From contig CAWGMQ010000008.1 of NCBI GenBank assembly GCA_963823665.1, positions 1 to 64,000 of the forward strand: a stretch of 64,000 nt of DNA, in the 5' to 3' direction. The position numbers and the translations under genes are program-made. The stretch comes from an uncultured Planctomycetota bacterium. GTDB taxonomy: Bacteria; Planctomycetota; Planctomycetia; Isosphaerales; Isosphaeraceae. This document shows, in pieces, positions 47,126-56,583 of this stretch (positions are counted from its first letter, which is position 1; each line of letters opens with the position of its first letter). A model generated the notes under the pieces. That model was given only the letters and a program-made list of their open reading frames with translations, was not told the DNA's origin and did no database searches.

Positions 47126-48105
47126 ATGGACTATTCGTCGATCGTGCCCATCGTGATCGGTGTCTCCGTGATTGTGTTGGTCGGCGGGTTCGGCCTGGTG
47201 ACGTCGCAAAAATCGGGCACGCTGGCGGAAGATCGCCTTGCCGGGCTTCTGGGCATGCGCCGCGCTCGTTCCGCCAAGAAACAGGACCTCTCGAGCGGCA
47301 TTCTGGCCCGTCCCGCGGCGATTGACCTCGGGCGTCCGTCCTTCTGGACTCGCCTCGTACCGAACGCCGAGAACCTCAACCTGCTTTACGAACAAGCCGA
47401 CGTCAGCTTCTCCTTCAAGACGTTGCTCGGTATCACCGGAGGCCTCGCCGCCTCGGGTGCTGTCTTTGCACTCGCGTTTCGACTGCCGATTCTTGCGGCA
47501 CCGGCTCTGGCGCTTTTTCTCGCGTCTCTTCCCTTCATCTGGCTCATCAGGCGCCGGCGGCGCGCATCCGCCAGTTCGTCGCCGCAATGCCCGAAGCCGT
47601 GGAGCTGATCAGCCGTGCCCTTCGGTCCGGGCATGGACTCTCATCCGGGCTCAAGCTCGTCGCCGAGGAAATGAAAGGCCCGGTCGCCGACGAGTTCAAT
47701 CGCGTCTTCGAGGAACAGAACCTCGGCATTCCCATCGAGCTCGCGCTGCGGAACATGGCCGATCGCATACCCGTCATGGATGTCAGGTTCTTCGTGATCG
47801 CCGTGATCATCCAGCGTTCCACCGGGGGAGACCTGGCCGAGGTGCTCGACAAGATCGGCCGGCTCATTCGCCAGCGGTTCGAGCTCCAAGGGCTGGTCAA
47901 AAGCTTGACGGCCGAGGGCCGGCTCTCGGGCACCGTGCTGCTGGCTCTCACTCCGTCCCTGCTGGCGTTCCTGTGCGTTATCAACTACGACTACGTGAGT
48001 GACTTGTTCAAGACACCCACCGGCGTCAAGATGCTGAGCGTGACGGCCCTCGGCCAGTTACTGGGTGCCTGGGTGATCAAGAAAATCGTTGCAATCAAGG
48101 TATAA
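47126..48105 (+). CDS. tadB: TadB inner-membrane platform protein (one frameshift at ~47560)
   Basis: ORFs 47126-47608 and 47587-48105 join as RRRR(x)RIRQFVAAMPEAVELISRALRSGH. Also QRSTGGDLAEVL and LTAEGRLSG. Confidence 0.88.
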
Positions 48106-48110
48106 CGTTC

Positions 48111-49058
48111 ATGACACTGAGCAATGAAACCGTGATTCCGATCGCGGTGTTCCTGGCGATCAGCCTGGGGGCATGGGCGCTCTTGGGAATGGCGGCCGCC
48201 CGGCCCAAGACAGCCGAAGACCGCCTGCGCCGCCTGCTCGAAGGCAGGAGCGCCGGCGCCGCGGAGGCGAACCTCGCCAGGCGCCAGGTCGTGCTGCAAG
48301 CCAAGGTCGCGGCCGCTGCCGGCAAGCTCGGGCAGTCGCTGCGTCCTTCCGACGCGCAGGAATTGGGAAAGGTCCGGCTCAAGCTCTTGAACGCCGGCTT
48401 TCGCCAGGAGCAGGCGGTCGCCGTTTTCTTCGGCATCAAGCTCATCGGGCTCTTGATCGGCCTGGCCGTGAGCTTTCCAACCTGTTTTCTCAAATGGGGG
48501 CTCTCGCAGCCGACCTACGTCGCCACGGCATGCGCATCTGCGGTGGGGTTCTATCTGCCCGACACGATCGTCGGCCGTCGCAAGAAGCGGCGCGGCGAAT
48601 CAGTTTTTCTGGGTCTGCCAGACGCCCTCGACTTGATGGTCGTGTGCGTCGAAGCGGGCCTGGGCCTGGACGCAGCCATGCGCCGCGTCACCAGCGAACT
48701 GGCCAATTCCAGTCCCGTGATTTGCGAGGAATTCGCAATCGCCAACTTCCAGATTCAAATGGGCCGCCCGCGGCGCGACGTGCTCCGCGACCTCGGCATC
48801 CGCACCGGTGTCGACGACGTGCGAGCGCTCGCCGCCGTGATCATTCAGGCGGAAAAGTTCGGCTCGAGCATCGCCTCGGCGCTGCGCGTCCAGTCCGACG
48901 CCATGCGCTTGAGGCGACGTCAACTCGCTGAAGAACGAGCCGCGAAAACGTCCGTCAAGATCATGCTCCCCCTGATCTTCTTCATCTTCCCGGGCGTGTT
49001 CGTCGTGCTCGTCGGGCCGGCGATCATGCGCATGGCCGTGTTGATGTCAAAGTCCTGA
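48111..49058 (+). CDS. tadC: TadC inner-membrane platform protein
   Basis: LPDALDLMVVCVEAGLGLDAA, QAEKFGSSIASALR and AEERAAK..VKIMLPLIFFIFP. Confidence 0.93.
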   Translation: MTLSNETVIPIAVFLAISLGAWALLGMAAARPKTAEDRLRRLLEGRSAGAAEANLARRQVVLQAKVAAAAGKLGQSLRPSDAQELGKVRLKLLNAGFRQEQAVAVFFGIKLIGLLIGLAVSFPTCFLKWGLSQPTYVATACASAVGFYLPDTIVGRRKKRRGESVFLGLPDALDLMVVCVEAGLGLDAAMRRVTSELANSSPVICEEFAIANFQIQMGRPRRDVLRDLGIRTGVDDVRALAAVIIQAEKFGSSIASALRVQSDAMRLRRRQLAEERAAKTSVKIMLPLIFFIFPGVFVVLVGPAIMRMAVLMSKS

Positions 49059-49141
49059 ACCGCGAAGCCCGCACAGAACCGTCCTCCGGTTCGTGAAACT
49101 GACAGTGAGGGTCTTCTAAGACCGGCGTCTGGAGAGCTGCG

Positions 49142-49483
49142 ATGCACAAGTTCCCGATTCCCATTGCACACGACGTTCACCCCGGTAAATCACGCTGGTC
49201 CCCGCTGCGCAACACCGCGATCATCGTCATCGGCATCGGGCTGGCGCCGCTCTTCGCCGAGGGATTCTCGATCTGCTTCGCACAATGGTCTCAGGTGATG
49301 GGCCGGAACGCGGAGGCCAGGACGCCGCTGCTCGATTCCCTGCACGAAGGACTTGAGTCGGGCCATCAGTCGTTCTGGGCGACCATCTCACCATGTTTCC
49401 AGCGCGTCCCCTGGAGCCACACGTTCGTTCTGGCAGCCGGCGTCGTCTGCATGATCATAGGGATGATCATGCTCAAGATGTAA
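49142..49483 (+). CDS. Hypothetical small membrane protein (2 predicted TM segments) inside the tad cluster
   Basis: 113-aa ORF with a GGAGAG RBS and two hydrophobic stretches. Co-oriented with the cluster. Confidence 0.6.
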   Translation: MHKFPIPIAHDVHPGKSRWSPLRNTAIIVIGIGLAPLFAEGFSICFAQWSQVMGRNAEARTPLLDSLHEGLESGHQSFWATISPCFQRVPWSHTFVLAAGVVCMIIGMIMLKM

Positions 49484-49665
49484 CCCATCAGGCTGCGGTG
49501 AGCGTCGCGTGTGATGCACCGCCGCCACGCTGCAGACCCGTAAGACGCCGCGCTGATGGAGAGAGTCACCTTCACCCCGGTTCCCGACTGCTGCGCTTGA
49601 CATAGGTGCATTCCTGACCTAGTCAACAATAGAGTGCCTTCGCGGAATCGGGTGCGGAGACGTCC

Positions 49666-50253
49666 ATGCTTGCCAATCGCCTGAATCGGACCTCCTCTGA
49701 TGCGCGAGGCCGGCGCGACGGCACGGCCGCCGTGGAATTTGCATGTTGCTTGCCGCTCCTGGTGCTCATCCTGACAGCGCTCTGGCAAGTCGGCCGTTTC
49801 ACGGAAGTTCAGCAGGTGATGTGGAACGGCGGCCGCGAAGCCGCGCGCGACGCATCCCTCGGGCAAGATAACCTCCAGGCCGTTGCGACAAACCTGCTCA
49901 CCTACCTCCAGGGCGCCGAACAGACGGCTTTCGGCGCCGGCCATTCGACCAGCATGATCGCTCCGGTCATCACCTTGCCGGCGAACTCGACCGGTTACAC
50001 CTGCTGGGACAACACGGCCAACAAGGAACTCTTCACGATGAGTTTCACCGACCTGACCAACCCCAATGTCACGGACCCCACCGGCATGACCCAGCTCGAC
50101 CTGTACCAGATCGGTGTTCAGGTTCCCTATACCAGCATCTCCTGGAGTCCCGTGACCTCAATCACCGGCATGAGCCGGCTGAAGGTGACCGTGGTCTGGA
50201 CGTCACTCGTCGACACACCGTTCCAGATCGCACCCGACCTGCCGGCCCAGTAA
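49666..50253 (+). CDS. tadE: TadE-like pseudopilin
   Basis: RRDG/TAAVEFACCLPLLVLIL and GREAARDA motifs, with a GGAG RBS. Confidence 0.88.
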   Translation: MLANRLNRTSSDARGRRDGTAAVEFACCLPLLVLILTALWQVGRFTEVQQVMWNGGREAARDASLGQDNLQAVATNLLTYLQGAEQTAFGAGHSTSMIAPVITLPANSTGYTCWDNTANKELFTMSFTDLTNPNVTDPTGMTQLDLYQIGVQVPYTSISWSPVTSITGMSRLKVTVVWTSLVDTPFQIAPDLPAQ

Positions 50254-50283
50254 ACGCGCACGGCGCTATGCGGAGATTTCACC

Positions 50284-50733
50284 ATGCTCATTCGGAAACA
50301 TCACGCCGGCCGGCGACGCGGTGCTGTCGCCACTGAGACGGCCCTTGTTCTCGCCCCCGTGCTCACACTGATCTTCGGCGTTTTCGAGTATTCCCGGCTC
50401 CTCATGGCCTGGAACTTGCTGGACAACGCGGCACGCGAGGGCTGCCGGTACGCCGTCGTCAACAACACAGACCCGACAATCACCTCAGATGTTCAATCAA
50501 CCGTGAACAAATACATGGCGGGCCAATCCTCGGCCTTCAGCAACTTCACTGTGAGCGTTAGCGGTACCCACCAGGGTGTCACAACCCCGGTCAACAACTT
50601 GACCGCCGGCGACATGCTGACCGTCACAGTGTCCGGTACGTTTCATTTTATGAACATTATACCGTTTATCAAGCTTCCGACGTCTTTGACAATCACGAGC
50701 GCGGTCATCATGGGATGCGAGGGAGGCGTGTGA
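50284..50733 (+). CDS. tadE: TadE/TadF-like pseudopilin
   Basis: RRRG/AVATETALVLAP...FEY and NAAREGCRYA motifs. Confidence 0.88.
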   Translation: MLIRKHHAGRRRGAVATETALVLAPVLTLIFGVFEYSRLLMAWNLLDNAAREGCRYAVVNNTDPTITSDVQSTVNKYMAGQSSAFSNFTVSVSGTHQGVTTPVNNLTAGDMLTVTVSGTFHFMNIIPFIKLPTSLTITSAVIMGCEGGV

Positions 50734-50735
50734 GG

Positions 50736-53639
50736 ATGATGGGAACAAACGCACGCAGAAGCGCGGCCCGGCGTGATCACCGGCGGGGGATCGTGCTCCC
50801 GCTGGTCGCGATCGTGATCGTGGTCCTTGTCGGGTTTCTGGCACTGGCGATCGATCTCGGCATGCTCGCGATCGCCAAGACTCAGGTGCAGCAGGCTGCG
50901 GATCTTTCCGCGCTGACGGCAATGCGCACGATGAACGGCGATTCGAGCATCGACTACAACCAGAGTGCGGCCACGACGAATGCCCAGAATGTCGTGACTT
51001 ACAACCTGGTCCTGGGGCAGGCCCTCACGTCGTCGCAACTGCAGCTCACCTTCGGCTCCTACGACTACAACCAGACCACCAAGACCTTCCAGGCCAATTT
51101 TCCCCCTACAAGCGGAGCACCGGAGACGGCCGTCGCCGCCACCGTCACCTCGAATGCCTTGCCGGGCGCATTCAGCTCGGTGATGAAGACCCAGTTCCTG
51201 CCGACCGTATCGGCCACGGCTCAGGCCGTCCACCGGCCGCGCGACATTGCGCTGGCGATCGACCTCTCCGGCTCGATGCGGTTCGGCACCTGCCTCGGCT
51301 TCGACTTCTATACCACCTCCCGCACGTCCAACAACCCCGATTCCGTCTACCCCACATTCGGTCATTACTCGTCGAGTAGTGCCAGCATGCAAGGCCCCAG
51401 CACCAATCAAACCTCAGGCGATGACAGCTATACGATCTCGCCCAGCAACACCACCACCGCGAACTCGTCGTACACCCAACTTTATATCAATAGTTTTTAT
51501 CAGAACTCGGCCTACGCAACTCCCCTGGTCCGCGCGTTTGATTCGTACACAAGCTCTGACGGCGGCAACACCTGGTCGGCGCCGACGTCCGGCTCACCGA
51601 CCTTGCCTCCTTCTTCGTACACGTCGGTGCCCGGCGGTGACGTGCCCCTCTTCAAGAACGGCAGCACCAGCACCTATGCCACTGACGTGAAGGATGTGCT
51701 GAACAGCAGCTCGAGGAGCCCGTCGTGGGAGCTCGACGGCTACTCGAATTACACGAGCGGCTCGCTCTCGAACGCCGCTTCCGGCCAGAGCAGTTACTCG
51801 AGTGCGCCCTTTCATGGTTACACGCAGGGGCCGGCGTATTACGGCAAGACGTTCTTCATCTGGCCACCCGACCCGCGCCAGCCCCTCTCCTCGAGCAGCT
51901 CCACGCAATTCAACCAGTTCTTCTCCGATTTCGGCTACGCGACCACCGAATACGCAAGCGGAACGCCTCTTCAGGGCGTGTACAAGTCCAACTCGACGAC
52001 AGGCAGCCAGAACTGGCCCTGGCCGAATGACAGCGGCGCGTCGCTCAGCACCTATCTCACGACAAAGGTTTCCATTCCGGGAGGCAGCCGCAAGCTCCTG
52101 ACCACCGACTCGCAATACCAGTCGATCATGCGTCTCTACAACTGGAACTATGTTGTCGACAGTGTGGGCACAACCCCCTGTGATTGGCGCGTGCGCTTCT
52201 TCGGCACGAACAACAACACGAAGATTTTCAGCTCTTCGACCGGAACGCTCAACCTGCCCAGCAGCTCGACTTACACGATCAACTACAATGAGATTCTCCG
52301 CTGGATCGCCCAGTCGCCCAACCCGTTCCCGTCCCAGTTGCACGCCGGCCGCATCACCTACTATTCCTCGATTCCGACCCAGATCACCGGAAGCTGGCCC
52401 AGCTACGGCAGCACGGACGAGCGCTTCTGGGTCGAATTCATCGACTACGTGCTCGGCTTCCGGCAAACGGCCTCCGGCGTCTACTCCGACGTCAGCGCAA
52501 TGGCCGGCTACGGCAGCGATTTCACCTGGGGCACCTTGAGCATCAGCTCTCAACCCAGCCAGACGCAGTACATGAGCTACACCAATAACCCGGCCCGCCC
52601 ACTGGTGCGATACTGGTTCGGACCCATGGCCATGGTCGATTATATGCACAACTATAATATTGCCACAAACGTTTCGAATTTCTTTTACATGCAGCCCGCC
52701 GATGGCTACGAGGCGCCCAACTATTCGGCCAAGGAATCGTACATCGCGGGCATCAACACGATGCAGACAGACCATCCAAACGACTGGGTGACAATCGTGC
52801 CCTACAGTTGGCCCCGCGGCTCCTCCTCGGACACCAACGGCCGATTCAACTGCGTGCGCTGCCCACTTGGCACAAATTACAATTACGCAACCGCGGCTCT
52901 CGTGTTCCCTTTTGGCACGATCAATGCCGACGGCTCGCCTAATGATACCGAGATCACTCCCTACGCCGCAGATCCCGCCACCAGCCTGATTCCCTCCGCT
53001 GATTTCAAGGACACGCCGCGTCCCGACGGAAATACCGCATTCGCAATGGCGCTCATGCTCTGCTACAACCAGTTTGCCACCACGGTGCCCACCGACTCGA
53101 CCCTCCGGTCATTCACCTCGTCATCGCCGATCACGTTCCCGAGCGCCATGGCCGGCGGAATGGGCCGCAAAGGTGCCCAGAAAGTCATCATCTTCGAAAC
53201 CGACGGACTGGCCAACACGACGGCGACCGCCAGCCTGGTGAACACCAGCAGCTATAGCTACTACAAGATCCGCTACGACATGAACAACCCGTCCGGGAGC
53301 GAATATCCTGCGGTCACCGCTTATGACATCAACGACTCCACTGTCCTCAACCAGGTGTATTCCCTGGTCCAGAACCTGTCGACCACGTACGGCACGTCGC
53401 GCAATCCGTTCCGGCTCTACGCCATCGGCTTCGGACCCGTGTTCCAGGGAGCAAACGCATCTTCAGCGAAGACAACTCTGCAGACGATGCAGTATTACGC
53501 CGGTACACAGTCGAGTGCATCCACCGCATTGCCCTCGAACCAGATCATCACCGGCACGGATTCGCAGATGTCGACGAACATGATCGACACGTTCACCAAG
53601 ATCCTGGAGAACGGCGTGCAAATCGCGCTCATCAAATAG
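50736..53639 (+). CDS. tadG: TadG-like pseudopilin with split VWA domain (967 aa), candidate tip adhesin
   Basis: RRG/IVLPLVAIVIVVLVGFLALAIDLG...QQAADLSAL Tad N-terminus. MIDAS IALAIDLSGSM, followed much later by GNT, VIIFETDG and LYAIGFG. Confidence 0.82.
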   Translation: MMGTNARRSAARRDHRRGIVLPLVAIVIVVLVGFLALAIDLGMLAIAKTQVQQAADLSALTAMRTMNGDSSIDYNQSAATTNAQNVVTYNLVLGQALTSSQLQLTFGSYDYNQTTKTFQANFPPTSGAPETAVAATVTSNALPGAFSSVMKTQFLPTVSATAQAVHRPRDIALAIDLSGSMRFGTCLGFDFYTTSRTSNNPDSVYPTFGHYSSSSASMQGPSTNQTSGDDSYTISPSNTTTANSSYTQLYINSFYQNSAYATPLVRAFDSYTSSDGGNTWSAPTSGSPTLPPSSYTSVPGGDVPLFKNGSTSTYATDVKDVLNSSSRSPSWELDGYSNYTSGSLSNAASGQSSYSSAPFHGYTQGPAYYGKTFFIWPPDPRQPLSSSSSTQFNQFFSDFGYATTEYASGTPLQGVYKSNSTTGSQNWPWPNDSGASLSTYLTTKVSIPGGSRKLLTTDSQYQSIMRLYNWNYVVDSVGTTPCDWRVRFFGTNNNTKIFSSSTGTLNLPSSSTYTINYNEILRWIAQSPNPFPSQLHAGRITYYSSIPTQITGSWPSYGSTDERFWVEFIDYVLGFRQTASGVYSDVSAMAGYGSDFTWGTLSISSQPSQTQYMSYTNNPARPLVRYWFGPMAMVDYMHNYNIATNVSNFFYMQPADGYEAPNYSAKESYIAGINTMQTDHPNDWVTIVPYSWPRGSSSDTNGRFNCVRCPLGTNYNYATAALVFPFGTINADGSPNDTEITPYAADPATSLIPSADFKDTPRPDGNTAFAMALMLCYNQFATTVPTDSTLRSFTSSSPITFPSAMAGGMGRKGAQKVIIFETDGLANTTATASLVNTSSYSYYKIRYDMNNPSGSEYPAVTAYDINDSTVLNQVYSLVQNLSTTYGTSRNPFRLYAIGFGPVFQGANASSAKTTLQTMQYYAGTQSSASTALPSNQIITGTDSQMSTNMIDTFTKILENGVQIALIK

Positions 53640-53641
53640 CC

Positions 53642-54394
53642 ATGCCCGCCCCCGCTGCCGAATTCATCGACGTTTCGAAGTCGTACCGGGGGAGGCTGCT
53701 GCCTAGCCGCGCGGTGCACGCCCTGCGAGGAGTCAGCTTCACGGTCGAGCCTGGCGAGGCCGTCGCGCTCCTCGGCCCCAATCGTGCCGGTAAGACAACG
53801 CTGCTCAAGATCCTCTTGGGCCTGTGCCATCCGTCCTCCGGCCAAGTCTTTCGGCTGGGACGGCCGCTGGCAGAACGCAGCACCCTCACCCGCGTCGGCT
53901 ACATGCACGAAAATCAGGCCTTTCCGCGTTATTACAGCGCCGCAGCCCTCCTTGACTTCTACGGCCACCTATCAGGGATCTCGCCTCGGGACCTACGAAT
54001 CCGCGTGCCGGCGCTGCTCGAGACCGTGCGACTGACGGACCGTGCCCACGAACCGATTGGCCGCTACAGCAAAGGAATGGTGCAGCGTCTGGCTCTCGCC
54101 CATAGCCTGCTCGCCGACCCGGATCTGCTCGTGTTCGATGAGCCGATGGAAGGGCTCGACTTGAGCGCGCGGCGGCTGCTCCAGGAAGTCGTGGCCCAGC
54201 AGCGCGATGCCGGCAAGTCCGTGCTGGTGGTCTCGCACAATCTGGGCGAGGTGGCCCAGGTATGCGATCGTGTGGCTGTGGTTGTCGAGGGCAGTCTCGC
54301 CTACCTGGGGCATGTCGACTCACTGCTCGAAGACCCGGTGACCCGCCTCCCGCGGTCGCTGGAACTCGCCCTGGCACCTTTCTACAGCAACTGA
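53642..54394 (+). CDS. ABC transporter ATP-binding protein
   Basis: GPNRAGKTT, YSKGMVQR, LLVFDEP and VSH motifs. Starts 2 bp after the tadG stop. Confidence 0.93.
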   Translation: MPAPAAEFIDVSKSYRGRLLPSRAVHALRGVSFTVEPGEAVALLGPNRAGKTTLLKILLGLCHPSSGQVFRLGRPLAERSTLTRVGYMHENQAFPRYYSAAALLDFYGHLSGISPRDLRIRVPALLETVRLTDRAHEPIGRYSKGMVQRLALAHSLLADPDLLVFDEPMEGLDLSARRLLQEVVAQQRDAGKSVLVVSHNLGEVAQVCDRVAVVVEGSLAYLGHVDSLLEDPVTRLPRSLELALAPFYSN

Positions 54395-54406
54395 GGAACG
54401 CTCGCC

Positions 54407-55459
54407 GTGAACGTGCGGTTCAACTTCAATACGCTTCTACAGCTCATCGGCGATACCTTCCGCCAATCCATTGCGTCGGGCGTTTGCTGGATGATGTTCG
54501 TCGTCACGGCGATTTGCGTCGTCTTGTGCCTGAGCGTGACCGTCTTTGGCGACATCTCGCTCGACGCAGACGACGAGCCCGTCCTGTTCCTGCCGCGCAG
54601 AGCGCCCGCGGCCGTGACCTCACTGTCTTCTGGCGGCCCGAAGGCGAGCACTGCCGCCGTGGTTAATCCAGAGGTCGCCCGCCGCGACGGAATCGAAACG
54701 CTCAGTGGCCGTATGAGCCTGGCCTTCGGCGCGGTGAACTTCCCGGTGAGCCGCGCACGGCGCGACGCCGTATTTTTCCTGGAGTTAGTGCTCGCCTGGG
54801 GCGTCGCCGGCACGTTCGGCCTGCTCTTGACCCTGGTATGGACTGCAGGTTTCGTTCCTGCGTTCCTCGATCCCGGCGCGGCGTCGGTTTTGCTCGCCAA
54901 GCCGGTCGCGCGCTGGCAACTGCTTCTGGGCAAATATGTCGGTGTGTTGAGCTTCGTCGGGTTCCATGTCGTTCTCTTCGTCGCCTTGACCTGGCTCGCA
55001 CTCGGCATCCGCACTCATGTCTGGAACGTGACCTACTGGTGGTGCATTCCGCTTCTGTTGCTCCAGTTCGCAATCTTCTACAGTTTCTCCGTACTGCTCG
55101 CTGTGATCTCTCGCAGCACCGTGGCATGCGTCTTCGGCTCGGTGCTCTACTGGCTGCTGGCATGGGGAATCAACTACGGCTACGTGATGGCGCGCAGCCT
55201 GCAGGAAACCCAGTACCTCCCCGCAGGCTCGCTCGCCCTGGCCCAGGTCGCGTACGAAATCTTCCCCAAGCCCATCGATGCAGGCCTCATCCTGTTCAAT
55301 GCGCTCGGCGCGCTCGGCGACTTCGACAAGCCCGCGATATTCGCGATACTCGAGAGCGGCCACGCATTCTCGCCGTGGACATCGATTCTCTCATCAGTCG
55401 TGCTGACCGTCGTGCTGCTGGGCACGGCTACGTACGAGTTCAGCACGACGGATTACTAG
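54407..55459 (+). CDS. ABC-2 type transporter permease
   Basis: About 6 hydrophobic segments and LLAKPVARWQLLLGKYVG. Directly follows the ATPase. Confidence 0.85.
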   Translation: MNVRFNFNTLLQLIGDTFRQSIASGVCWMMFVVTAICVVLCLSVTVFGDISLDADDEPVLFLPRRAPAAVTSLSSGGPKASTAAVVNPEVARRDGIETLSGRMSLAFGAVNFPVSRARRDAVFFLELVLAWGVAGTFGLLLTLVWTAGFVPAFLDPGAASVLLAKPVARWQLLLGKYVGVLSFVGFHVVLFVALTWLALGIRTHVWNVTYWWCIPLLLLQFAIFYSFSVLLAVISRSTVACVFGSVLYWLLAWGINYGYVMARSLQETQYLPAGSLALAQVAYEIFPKPIDAGLILFNALGALGDFDKPAIFAILESGHAFSPWTSILSSVVLTVVLLGTATYEFSTTDY

Positions 55460-55491
55460 CCAGGTGCAAAGCTCCGAGGCGCGAAAGGCAT

Positions 55492-56124
55492 TCACTCACG
55501 GCTCCACATCCTCAGACGCGAATCCAGGTCCGCGTAGAGTTTGTCAAATGTAATGCAATGTATCTTGCGGCTGCAAACGATGACCTGCTCACTGCGCCAC
55601 GTGAATCGCTGTCTCAGGGAAGCGTCGATCAGGTGTTGGTCTCTTCCAATCACGAGCAACCCGACGAACTGGATATCACCTGCGCCAAATCTTTGAGCAT
55701 AAGAGATTGTATGCTTCTGGTTTTCAAGCCAGAGAGTCCAATCAATGATCTGGCTGCAGCCGTGATCGAAACGCTCGGACCACTCGAGAGTCGATTTCCC
55801 GACTTTCTTCTTGAAGATACTTGTTTTGGCGGCGTCCTCAAATTCGATGAAACAGTACTGTTGTTCTCGCGAATCACCGATGGCGAAGTCTGCTGTATGA
55901 TCGCCAAAGATGTCGAATTCCGTCGCGATCTGGTTGGGGTTCTCAATCCTCGGGTTGTACGTGCCCAGTAGCGCGATCAACTGCTCCCGCGCTGCAAAGA
56001 AAGGGAGAATATCGCCCCGTTCCGTGAGCTCAGGTCTGGCCGGGTCGTTCAAGAGAGCCGCGAATTCCGCCAGTTCTTTCCTCGCGTCCCTCTTGCTGAG
56101 CTTAATGCTCTTGAACTGCTTCAT
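55492..56124 (-). CDS. sduA: Shedu-like (DUF4263) PD-(D/E)xK nuclease, nuclease domain only (210 aa)
   Basis: LTERGDILPFF, EFDIFGDHTADF, FIEFEDA...SIF, F.HGCSQIIDW, LLVIGRD and ITFDKL match the DUF4263 motif order by eye. Visibly more AT-rich than its neighbours. Confidence 0.75.
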   Translation of the reverse strand: MKQFKSIKLSKRDARKELAEFAALLNDPARPELTERGDILPFFAAREQLIALLGTYNPRIENPNQIATEFDIFGDHTADFAIGDSREQQYCFIEFEDAAKTSIFKKKVGKSTLEWSERFDHGCSQIIDWTLWLENQKHTISYAQRFGAGDIQFVGLLVIGRDQHLIDASLRQRFTWRSEQVIVCSRKIHCITFDKLYADLDSRLRMWSRE

Positions 56125-56138
56125 TTAATGCGCCGAGA

Positions 56139-56507
56139 CTAGGTCCCGCCGACGACCCCAACCGTTTTCTTTGCTGCCTTGGGTTGGCTACTTCGCCGCT
56201 TGGTCGCGAATCGCTGCAGTGTCGCGTCCCCCATCAAGTCCAGAACTTCAATGTCGGCGCCTGAAAGCCTGTAAATGATATTCAGCCCAGCAGACGCACT
56301 CAGCGCGTAGATTGGGTCGCTTTCAGAGACCTTTCGGATCTTGCGGCGCTCGGCGGTCCCTTCGACAAATCGTTCACGATCGCTGAGAAGCCCGCCGACA
56401 ATCTCTTTCTGTTTTGCGCTGAGAGCATCCAGCGCAATCGAGATTCTACCGTCGACCTTGAATCCGGGCGCTGGCTTCTTGGGCGCCGCCTTCTTCTCCG
56501 CCGGCAT
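56139..56507 (-). CDS. Small basic protein with a degenerate RelE/ParE-like core (122 aa)
   Basis: GGAG RBS before ATG 56507. ALDALSAKQKEIV...IRKV...IYALSASAGLNIIYRLSGADIEVLDL follows the RelE/ParE pattern. Both termini are Lys/Pro/Ala-rich. The ORF is likely real, but the fold call is tentative. Confidence 0.55.
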   Translation of the reverse strand: MPAEKKAAPKKPAPGFKVDGRISIALDALSAKQKEIVGGLLSDRERFVEGTAERRKIRKVSESDPIYALSASAGLNIIYRLSGADIEVLDLMGDATLQRFATKRRSSQPKAAKKTVGVVGGT

Positions 56508-56554
56508 GGGTGTTCTCCGTGACATCTCTCCGATAATCAGGACTCCCACCAGCG

Positions 56555-56583
56555 AGTCTATCACGAATACGGAATTCTTACCA
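56555..56583 (-). promoter_or_regulatory. Candidate extended -10 promoter for the two-gene islet
   Basis: Minus strand reads TGaTAGACT (56563-56555), with a weak -35 (TGGTAA) 17 nt upstream. Confidence 0.3.

Noticed and set aside
56139..56507. Classical type II toxin-antitoxin module
   Set aside because: There is no adjacent antitoxin-like gene, and the basic catalytic residues typical of RelE RNases appear to be missing.
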